IMG/VR virus record: IMGVR_UViG_3300027822_000298 | Coordinates: 1 to 42,527 of that record | DNA from: a virus | Taxonomy: Duplodnaviria > Caudoviricetes | Strand: one strand, 5' to 3' | DNA: 42,527 nt | In this document: piece by piece, positions 34,496 to 42,527 of the stretch | Layout of the letters: the number at the start of each line of letters is the position of its first letter | How positions within the stretch are numbered: the first letter of the stretch is position 1 | Made by a program: the position numbers and the translations under genes | The notes under the pieces: generated by a model | Databases searched by the model: none | Told to the model about the DNA's origin: nothing | The model's input: only the letters and a program-made list of their open reading frames with translations

Positions 34496-37400
34496 ATGAC
34501 ACAAGAAACATACAATCCTGATGAATGGGGAGTAGCGTCTTCGAATAAACAAAAACTTCCACTTGCGGATAGAAATAATAATCCTGGCAATTTAAGGTAT
34601 GCTAACCAAAAAAAGGCATCAAAAGGAGAAAGTGGATTTGCTCGTTTTGATGCTCCTGTGGAGGGGTTTAACGCCCTAAAAGATCAAGTTGTCCTTGACT
34701 CTTCAAGAGGCCATACCCTTGGGAGTTTTATCAAAAAATATGCACCCCCTTCTGAAAACAATACTGCAAACTATCTTTTATTTATAGAAAAAGAACTCGG
34801 CGCTAAGGCAGATACGCTACTTTCTACTCTTGGTGTAAATAAAATTTCTAATGCGATTGCTAAGTTCGAAGGCGGGACGAAATTAGGCAAACAGCCAGAA
34901 AAAATGGAAACATACAATCCCGATGAATGGAGCGCAGAACCACAGGATAAGACAGAAGCAGGCACTTATAATCCTGATGAATGGAGTTCGGAGCCTATTG
35001 GTAGCGTGGGGAAACCTGAGCTTGAACCCAAAAGTACTTTAAATGTTTTTGCAGAAGGTATTAGCAGATTACCAAAAAACTTGGCTAAAGAAACAATCGG
35101 GCTATTCCAAGGCGCAAAGGGTGCAAGCGTTGTTGATCAAGGATTTCTCGATAAGTGGTATAATAAAGTAGAGGCCGAGAACACTGCCTTAAGCGAAGAA
35201 GCTAAAGCTGGTGGAGGTAAATTTATACCTGGTGTATCAGATGAAGCTGTCAGCAGTGCGCTTTCAAGCTTACCCTATACAGGTTTGGCAATGGCCGGTG
35301 CTACTGCCGGAGCCGCGGCTACTTCTCCAATCCCTATACCTGGGGCAAGGGTAGCAGGCGGTCTGGTCGGATCGCATCTTGCTACAAATAGGGTAACAGC
35401 CTATGCCGCTATGAACCGGAATCTTAAACGCCTAAATGATTTAAATATACAAACAACAGGCGAACCCATAACAATAGAACAGGAAAATGAATTTAAAGAG
35501 GTCTACGGTTCTGAAATTGGGAAAATAGCTGATTGGGAATCTATTCCAGAAGCTGCGAGCGCAGTAATTGAATTAGCCATCTATGGAATAGGTGCAAAAT
35601 TACCTGCACCCATTCGGGAAAAAGCTGGAAAATTAGTAGCCAGTTTAATCAAAAATAAGGTTGCAAAAGGTGTCGCGGGCAATGCAACCAAATTACTTGG
35701 TACCCTTATATCTGAAACAGCAGAAGAAGTCGTCAGCAATATTGGCGGGGGTAATGTTGAGGCGGGGATATGGGGAGATAAACAGCAGGAATGGGATGTC
35801 CCCACAGTATTAAAAACAGCTAAAGAGGTAGCTCCAACCGTTGCTGTAACAGCAGGTCTTGTGCATGGTGCTGGAACAATCGCTGGTAAACTTTCCAAAA
35901 AAGAAAAATCAGGAGATCAGCCAAAAGATCAAAAAGTTTTTGCAGACCAACTGAATGTCTTATCGGACGAACTTTTAAAATCAAATAATAAACTTGCCGA
36001 CATAAGCACAGCGGTTGGTCTGCATTCTCAACTGGCCGGAGAACCTGAAAAACAGGCTGCTCTTGACGAGGTAATTACACAGACGGTAAACCAAGGATTA
36101 CAAGACGGTACGTTAAGTTCAGACAATTTGTCTGAAATAACAAAACGATTATCTGACGATGAACCACTGGTTATGACTTTAAATTCTTTAGTAAAACCGG
36201 ATAAGGTTGTCAAAGAATCTGATAAGGTTGTCAAAGAACTTAATAAAGTTGTAAAAGAACCATTAAAAAAGGAATCAAAAAAAACAGGTGCAGAGGTTAT
36301 CCTTGAAAGAATCAAAAAAGATAAAGGTGTTTTAAAAGAGAAAAAGCCAACTAATGCAGAACGACACCAAAAAAGAATTAAAGCCGCCGGTGAAATAGAG
36401 AGACCGTCTGAGATCATCAAAGAAAAATATCCGGATGGCCAGACAGTAACGATGCAAGAAATAGAGAATCTGCTTCAACAAAAAAAAATTACAGGGGAGA
36501 AAGATAACGCCAGAATCGAAGAGCTGTCAAAAGGCACACTCCAAATGCCTATTGATATTGATATTGCAAAGGGAGAACTGCAAGATAAATATAAAATAGA
36601 TAAAGCTTTTAATGTTATCGAGACTGCTACGGAAAAACTAGGCGGTAAGCTTGCTATAAATATTGTCGATAAAAATGGCAGACCAATAGCTCCTGCCGGG
36701 ATACGAGAGCTTTCTTTAGGGGAAAAAAGAAATCGAGCTGCTGAATATATGGAAGATGGGATTAAGAAACAAATTGAAAATAAAAAAGTGTTTAATGATG
36801 AAGAAGATTCTTTTAAGGATTGGAAGAAAAAAGCAAAAGATAAATATTGGAGTGTAGGTCTTTCAGAAGACGAAATATTTGAACAATGGCGTCAGACTGC
36901 TAACAGATTGAGACCCAAGGTTATGATTATGTCTGATAAGCCAATTATACGAACAGAAGGACAGCGTACTCTCGAACAAATAGAAAAAGAAATAACCGAT
37001 AGATGGAAGAAAGCCAAAACTCTTCCTCCCGGTAAAAAGAAATCTCAGATAGCCAATGAAATTACCGCCCTTAATGCTGAAATGGAAAAAACCATGATGG
37101 CGGCTGAAGGTGAACCACGTGGTGAACGTGTTGCTCCGGAGCGGGGACGTGTTGAGAAGGCTCTTAAGATACCAAAAGAAAAAGCTGTCGAAAAAATAAA
37201 AGATATTGAAACAGAAGAAATACCTATCGGGAAAATAAAATTGTCTAAGGATGTTCCGCAATTTAAAGAAGGTGCGGATGCAAAGGGCATTGTAGAACCG
37301 CTGAAAGGCAGATATGAAAGAATTGGTACTCCACCTGTAGTTTTATGGGAAAGAAAAAATGGTGATTTAGAATTAATCACAGGCAGGCATAGATTTGATC

Positions 37401-40400
37401 TTGCTCAAAAACAAGGTGAAAAAACAATTCCGGCACAAACCATAAAGGAAACTGATGGTTTTACAAAAGAACAAGCAGCTATTTTTGATGCTGAATCCAA
37501 TATAAGAGATGAAAAAGGGAGCGTGAGGGATTATGCCACGTATTTCAGAGAAACGGAGATCACGGAAAAACAAGCATCCAGGAGAGGACTTTTATCGAGG
37601 GTTAAAGGGCAAGATGGATTCATTATTGGAAGGCATGCCTCAAATGACCTCTATGCAATCTACAGAAACAAAGAGCTTGTCGAAAACAAAATAGTAGCGA
37701 TCGCCAAAGCAGTGCCTACCAATAAAGACCTCCAAAGTGTAGGTGCGAAATATGCGTTTACGCATTCAGCTTATGAAACAGCAAATTATCTTCAAGCTGT
37801 TAAAACGATAACGTCTAAAGCTACAGGCGCTCAAATAAGTTTGTTCGGAGAAAATGAAAGCTGGCAAATTGAAGCTGATAAAATGGCAAACGTGGCCTCT
37901 AAGATGGGGCGGGCATTAAAACAAGAACGCACATTATTAAAATCTGCCAGCAAATTAGATAAAGCCAAACACAAAGAATTTCTTGATAAATATGGTATTA
38001 AGCCAGGCGACACACAAGCCATTAATAACAAAATTTTAGAACTTGATGAAAAAATAGGGAAACTCGACAACTGGGCAGCGCATTCAGATGTTGTTGTGGA
38101 CATAAAAAAACAAGCAGGGATTGAATATGAAAAAGCAACCGAGGACAAAACCACAAAAGTATCCGAGCCAACCGGAGGGGCTGGTCTCACCGAAAAGAAA
38201 ACTGGTAAACCAAAATGGCCGAAAGTCGTATCCAATAGAAGAAGAAGGTATCTTTCACATACAACTCATATAAAAAACAATGGTGACGCGGCTGCTTTTG
38301 CTGATTACAATTTATCTGGTTTCCCGCAAGAAAGGCTTGTTGCCCTGCTTTTAGGGGAAGGCGGGGAGATATTAGGCGCTCATAGATTTAGTGTTGGCAC
38401 GGCAAATCAATCGGTTGTCAGTTTAGGGATATTAGCAGGACAGGCTTTAAATACCAAAGGTGTTAAAGAGGTGATTCTTGTTCATAATCACCCGGGTGGC
38501 GGGGCAATGCTTTCAGACGCCGATGTAAACACAGCCAATGCATTTCGCAATCTTTTAGCGGAAACAAAGATTAATGCCGGTACTATTATCGCTGCGGGAG
38601 AAGGGAGTTACAGCGCAAATAATAAGATTGTACATAGAACGCCAATAATCAAGGAAGCTACGGTCAGAGTTCCAATGATGGTTAGGCGGTTCAAAACCCG
38701 TGGTGAGAATTTAACTGTTATCACGGATGATAGAAGCGCAAGGAAGTCTGGAAAAAAACTTATACCGAAGGGCGGTCTAATGTTTCTGAATGGCGCAAAC
38801 GCTGTTGTGGGAACTATGAGAATTGATAGTTATTTAAAACTAAGGGGTAACTACGCAACCAAGATTTTAAAACAGGCTGAAAAAATAAATGCCACGACCA
38901 TGATCGCTTTCAACCCCACTAAAAATAGTGAGAAGATAGGCGTAAATAATTTAAAAAAATTTGCCAACGCATCGCATTTAGGGTTGCTTGATGTTATTGA
39001 TAGAAAAGGTTCTCTTCACAGTATTGACGCCATGCCTACGGAAAGCAGCTCGATTTATTACGAAACATCCAAAACCGCCAAAACAAAAGGCCGGCCATTA
39101 ACAAACGAAGATATAAGCAAAACCTTTGCCAAAATGGAAAATGTCACTACCGGCCAGGACAAGGCAAATAATTTCTGGTTCAGGTTTAAAGGCTTCCCGA
39201 AATTCACGATTCTTGAAGTAGACTCAATCAATGACCGAATCGGGCTTACAGATAAAAGGCTAAAAACAGGTGCCTTTTTACGTGAATCAAAACAAATTTG
39301 GTTTAAGACCGGAGGTGTGGGCGCAAAGGCTGATATAGGAACGCTGCATCACGAGAACTGGCATTTGTTCAAGAAGATGGGTGTTATATCAAAGCCAGAT
39401 TTAAGAGCTGTTAAGCGAGCAATCAGGCGCAGTGGCAATTTGGGTATTATCACAGAAGAAACAGAAGCTTCATGGATAAGCGAAGCCGCAAAAAGCAGGG
39501 AGTATACCAGGAATTCTGTTATAGGCCGTATCTTACAAAAAATCGGTGATTTCCTTGACGCTATGGCCAACCTGGTTACGACTACCAGCCGGGGCGTTAT
39601 GCGTAAGATGGAAAGCGGGAAGATGGTTACGCAAGATGCTGATGTTGGGCATATGGCCTTATCTCCTGCTATGGCTTTTGAAACAATGGCAAAAGAATTT
39701 GGAGTATCGCCAGAGCAACTTCAAAAAGAATTTGAAGAAACAAAAGCGAAACACAAAGGTACAGATCAATGGATGAAAGCTCCAAATGGGGAGCCGTCAA
39801 ACCTTAAAGAACATGCCTGGGTTATGGCACAAACACCAAGGTTTAAGGAATGGTTTGGTGGCAGCAAGGTTGTTGATGAAAACGGGGAACCTCTGGTTGT
39901 TTATCATGGAACAAGTGGTAATTTTTCAGTATTTGACAAGTCATTATTGGGTGACAATACGCAAGACTGGGCAAGTGCTAAATGGGGGTTTGCGTTCACC
40001 CCTGACGAAGGGTATGCAAAGGGATATTCCAGCGCATATGACAGGAACAAAGATGATCCAACATTAATATCTGCATATTTATCCATAAAAAACCCCTTAA
40101 AAATGGAATTGTATAAGGAATATTCACCCATTGCTAAAAATGAAAAAGTTGCTGCAAAAACAAAAAAGGATGCTATCACTAATGAGCATGACGGAATAAT
40201 TATATATTATAATGACCATGTTACGGGTAAATATAAGGAGTACGAAATATTTGCCTTCAACCCAACCCAAATAAAATCAATCTACAATACCGGAGCTTTT
40301 TCTCAAACCTATCCTGACATCCGGTATGAAACAGCAGAAACAAAAGACGTAAACCTATCAGAAGAAATAGAAGAAGAGGACACAGCCTTTCAGCAAGCTA

Positions 40401-42527
40401 TTGATCTGATTTCAACGCATTGGGGCAAGCAAGGCAAGTATACTAATGAACGTAAAAAACTGACTTTTCTTGAGCATCACCTCGGAACCACCATGTACAA
40501 CGCCAAGCGTATAGGCGGCTGGTATAATAGATTTTATAATGTAATCCGGAATCTGGGCCAGTATAAATTCGAGCAGCAAAACCGGCTTAGAGGTGAGGGC
40601 GATGCTTCATTGTTTGCACCGCTTGAGACATTTTCCAAGAAAAACAAAACAGAATACCGTAAATTAAAAAAATACCTGGTCAACAAGGATATCCACGCTG
40701 AAGGATACAAAGTCAGGCCAACGTTAGAAGAGGGCGCATTATATGAAGGTGCATATGATATAATTAACGAGAAAGGCACGGTCATTGATACCCAGACAAC
40801 TGAAGATGAAGCCTTTAATGAAGTGTGGGAGATGGAGGCCGATGCAACCGATTTTACGGATGCCGGGAAAGAGGCATTACTTAATTTCCGGAAAATGACC
40901 CGCAACCTGTACAAGCACTATGCTAAGGGTATGAATGAGATTATTGAAATGGCGCGGTTGTCCGGACAACCTCCGCCGAAAGTTACCACCATAGTAGGCG
41001 GCAAGCCGGTTAAAATTAGTCTCAGACAAGCTATTCAGGATATGGGCGACAGGCAGGGCTATTATTTTCCAAGAATCAGGGAATCAGGAGAATGGAAAAT
41101 TGAAGGCCGGAAAGAAGGCATGCCAGCTAAATCAAAATTCTTTGCGTCAAAAGCGTTATCAAAAGGGTATGCTCAGAAATTAAGGCGACAAGGTTATAAG
41201 GTTGAATCAACTCATTCAGGGGCTTTCTCAGAAGACCTGTTCCAAACGCTGGCGCCACTTCTTGCTCAAGAACAAGTGGTTAATAGCGTAATCGACAGAG
41301 TATCTAAAAACGAAGATTTCGACGCTGTATATGCTGATATGTTCGCCAAGCAATATGCTGAGATGTTAAAGTCTCATGGTTCAAGAGCAAGGATGATTGG
41401 CCGGTCAGATGCTATCGGGATTGATGTAAAACGAGGATATGAAACTGACCCGGTTAAAGCTATTGCGATTGCCACGGAAGCGGCTGCTGGCGGGTATGCC
41501 AAACAACTAATTGCGATTAATGCTATGAAAGCAATTACTGGGCGTGATTTATCCTGGGAAGAATATCAGAAAGACAATCCAGGTAAAAAACATGAAGATT
41601 ATTTAAAGGACATTCGTAAACGGGGTGCCGATGCCTCAAGACAACAGACTGAATATAAAGAAGCTACTGAAACACTGCAGGATATATTAAAGAATCAGGA
41701 GCTTGCAGACAGGATTGTCGGGACCCTAAAAGGGATGGCTGTCGTCTGGTATTTAGGCGCACGGGTAAGTTCCGCTGCTGTGAATTTAACAAATATGGTT
41801 ATTGGTGTGCCGGCCACGATGGTTGGAGAATTGTCAGACAAGGCCAGTAAGATTTCTTTCAGACAAGCCTTTAAGCATATTTGGAATGCTGGAATCGCAT
41901 ACGGAAAATTCAGAGCGGGAAAATTAAAAAATATTGGTCAGGCTGATTTATTTCAAGAAATAGAAAAGCGTGGGTGGGACGCTCCGCAGTTCAACATGGA
42001 AGCGTTAAATGCCCTCCAGAACAAATACGGTAAAGCCTGGGGACAAGTTATAGACAAATCTATGTGGATGTTCGGGGTAACAGAGAAGATCAACAGAGCA
42101 ACCACTATAGGCGCAAATTACATGGCCTTATGTAAAAAGAATAATGTCCGGCTACGAGATACTTCCGGCAAACTTAATGAAAAATTGTTGCTGAAAGCCA
42201 GAAATGCTTCTGATGTCGCCCACGGGGTATATGAAAAAGGAAACCGACCGTACCATATGAGGGGTGAACATATTGGAGCAAGAGTTTTACAGATGGCTTA
42301 CGTGTTCCAAACATTCACCCACAATTACCTGCAAGAAATGATAAGACTTGGGCTTGTTAAAAAGCAATATGGAGCAGCGGCATACATGGCCTTATCTGGA
42401 GGGGTAATCGGTGGTCTTGGTGCTACCGTCCCGATCGGGATTGCGAAGGCCATTGCAGCTTTATTTGATGCTGACGATCCAGAAGAAGAAATGATCAAGT
42501 GGGCGGAGGATGCATTTGGCGGCGGTA
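34496..42527 (+). CDS. Giant polyvalent internal virion protein (>2,670 aa, 3' truncated): lysozyme-like, ParB-like, two JAB, zincin, ADP-ribosyltransferase and PLxRFG-like domains
   Basis: ATG at 34496, 3 nt after the upstream stop. Every segment I translated is in the same frame, and its absence from the ORF track fits having no stop codon before the window end. Motifs: RNNNPGNLR (34571), ITGRHR (~37376), VHNHPGG...LSDAD (~38480), HHENWH (39347), VVYHGT (~39896), YFPRIR (~41063). Confidence 0.92.
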   Translation, partial: MTQETYNPDEWGVASSNKQKLPLADRNNNPGNLRYANQKKASKGESGFARFDAPVEGFNALKDQVVLDSSRGHTLGSFIKKYAPPSENNTANYLLFIEKELGAKADTLLSTLGVNKISNAIAKFEGGTKLGKQPEKMETYNPDEWSAEPQDKTEAGTYNPDEWSSEPIGSVGKPELEPKSTLNVFAEGISRLPKNLAKETIGLFQGAKGASVVDQGFLDKWYNKVEAENTALSEEAKAGGGKFIPGVSDEAVSSALSSLPYTGLAMAGATAGAAATSPIPIPGARVAGGLVGSHLATNRVTAYAAMNRNLKRLNDLNIQTTGEPITIEQENEFKEVYGSEIGKIADWESIPEAASAVIELAIYGIGAKLPAPIREKAGKLVASLIKNKVAKGVAGNATKLLGTLISETAEEVVSNIGGGNVEAGIWGDKQQEWDVPTVLKTAKEVAPTVAVTAGLVHGAGTIAGKLSKKEKSGDQPKDQKVFADQLNVLSDELLKSNNKLADISTAVGLHSQLAGEPEKQAALDEVITQTVNQGLQDGTLSSDNLSEITKRLSDDEPLVMTLNSLVKPDKVVKESDKVVKELNKVVKEPLKKESKKTGAEVILERIKKDKGVLKEKKPTNAERHQKRIKAAGEIERPSEIIKEKYPDGQTVTMQEIENLLQQKKITGEKDNARIEELSKGTLQMPIDIDIAKGELQDKYKIDKAFNVIETATEKLGGKLAINIVDKNGRPIAPAGIRELSLGEKRNRAAEYMEDGIKKQIENKKVFNDEEDSFKDWKKKAKDKYWSVGLSEDEIFEQWRQTANRLRPKVMIMSDKPIIRTEGQRTLEQIEKEITDRWKKAKTLPPGKKKSQIANEITALNAEMEKTMMAAEGEPRGERVAPERGRVEKALKIPKEKAVEKIKDIETEEIPIGKIKLSKDVPQFKEGADAKGIVEPLKGRYERIGTPPVVLWERKNGDLELITGRHRFDLAQKQGEKTIPAQTIKETDGFTKEQAAIFDAESNIRDEKGSVRDYATYFRETEITEKQASRRGLLSRVKGQDGFIIGRHASNDLYAIYRNKELVENKIVAIAKAVPTNKDLQSVGAKYAFTHSAYETANYLQAVKTITSKATGAQISLFGENESWQIEADKMANVASKMGRALKQERTLLKSASKLDKAKHKEFLDKYGIKPGDTQAINNKILELDEKIGKLDNWAAHSDVVVDIKKQAGIEYEKATEDKTTKVSEPTGGAGLTEKKTGKPKWPKVVSNRRRRYLSHTTHIKNNGDAAAFADYNLSGFPQERLVALLLGEGGEILGAHRFSVGTANQSVVSLGILAGQALNTKGVKEVILVHNHPGGGAMLSDADVNTANAFRNLLAETKINAGTIIAAGEGSYSANNKIVHRTPIIKEATVRVPMMVRRFKTRGENLTVITDDRSARKSGKKLIPKGGLMFLNGANAVVGTMRIDSYLKLRGNYATKILKQAEKINATTMIAFNPTKNSEKIGVNNLKKFANASHLGLLDVIDRKGSLHSIDAMPTESSSIYYETSKTAKTKGRPLTNEDISKTFAKMENVTTGQDKANNFWFRFKGFPKFTILEVDSINDRIGLTDKRLKTGAFLRESKQIWFKTGGVGAKADIGTLHHENWHLFKKMGVISKPDLRAVKRAIRRSGNLGIITEETEASWISEAAKSREYTRNSVIGRILQKIGDFLDAMANLVTTTSRGVMRKMESGKMVTQDADVGHMALSPAMAFETMAKEFGVSPEQLQKEFEETKAKHKGTDQWMKAPNGEPSNLKEHAWVMAQTPRFKEWFGGSKVVDENGEPLVVYHGTSGNFSVFDKSLLGDNTQDWASAKWGFAFTPDEGYAKGYSSAYDRNKDDPTLISAYLSIKNPLKMELYKEYSPIAKNEKVAAKTKKDAITNEHDGIIIYYNDHVTGKYKEYEIFAFNPTQIKSIYNTGAFSQTYPDIRYETAETKDVNLSEEIEEEDTAFQQAIDLISTHWGKQGKYTNERKKLTFLEHHLGTTMYNAKRIGGWYNRFYNVIRNLGQYKFEQQNRLRGEGDASLFAPLETFSKKNKTEYRKLKKYLVNKDIHAEGYKVRPTLEEGALYEGAYDIINEKGTVIDTQTTEDEAFNEVWEMEADATDFTDAGKEALLNFRKMTRNLYKHYAKGMNEIIEMARLSGQPPPKVTTIVGGKPVKISLRQAIQDMGDRQGYYFPRIRESGEWKIEGRKEGMPAKSKFFASKALSKGYAQKLRRQGYKVESTHSGAFSEDLFQTLAPLLAQEQVVNSVIDRVSKNEDFDAVYADMFAKQYAEMLKSHGSRARMIGRSDAIGIDVKRGYETDPVKAIAIATEAAAGGYAKQLIAINAMKAITGRDLSWEEYQKDNPGKKHEDYLKDIRKRGADASRQQTEYKEATETLQDILKNQELADRIVGTLKGMAVVWYLGARVSSAAVNLTNMVIGVPATMVGELSDKASKISFRQAFKHIWNAGIAYGKFRAGKLKNIGQADLFQEIEKRGWDAPQFNMEALNALQNKYGKAWGQVIDKSMWMFGVTEKINRATTIGANYMALCKKNNVRLRDTSGKLNEKLLLKARNASDVAHGVYEKGNRPYHMRGEHIGARVLQMAYVFQTFTHNYLQEMIRLGLVKKQYGAAAYMALSGGVIGGLGATVPIGIAKAIAALFDADDPEEEMIKWAEDAFGGG
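36200..36262 (+). repeat. 21-bp tandem repeat, three copies, inside the giant gene
   Basis: GATAAGGTTGTCAAAGAATCT / GATAAGGTTGTCAAAGAACTT / AATAAAGTTGTAAAAGAACCA, encoding DKVVKES-DKVVKEL-NKVVKEP. Confidence 0.8.

Noticed and set aside
37205-37760. ParABS plasmid-prophage partition system
   Set aside because: The ParB-like domain is embedded in the polyvalent virion protein, and no ParA or parS array is evident.
34771-40914. The short ORFs listed in the track across this interval, on either strand
   Set aside because: They are shadow ORFs overlapping the single giant plus-strand reading frame starting at 34496.

Overview
About 42.5 kb of an AT-rich tailed-phage (or prophage) genome with podovirus-like architecture and an N4-gp56-family major capsid protein. 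Left to right it holds: a partial YycJ-like MBL hydrolase; a leftward recombination/replication operon (RadD/YejH-like helicase, DUF669-type SSB, Sak4-like ATPase); a divergent promoter pair with an HTH regulator; a Prim-Pol/helicase followed by an iteron-like putative origin; a rightward run of small accessory genes (RHH protein, PD-(D/E)XK nuclease, MazG-like, Zn-finger proteins); a leftward cluster of nine small unknown genes behind a sigma54-type promoter; and the late operon (terS, terL, portal, scaffold, Com-like regulator, MCP, three adaptor-like genes, two paralogous tail fibres, tail nozzle, GNAT-like protein, ejection proteins). The window ends in a >2,670-codon polyvalent protein (34496 to beyond 42527) that is missing from the supplied ORF track. 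Four observations stand out: (1) an unannotated Mu Com-like Zn-ribbon gene directly followed by a hairpin that buries the capsid gene's Shine-Dalgarno and AUG; (2) the giant polyvalent protein with lysozyme-like, ParB-like, two JAB, zincin and ADP-ribosyltransferase domains; (3) a full sigma54 promoter/IHF/enhancer-like layout upstream of the small-gene cluster; (4) a helicase that carries its own SSB-type DDSDIPF tail. I found no integrase, dedicated lysis cassette, tRNA, CRISPR array or reverse transcriptase. All family calls come from motif recognition by eye, not database searches.
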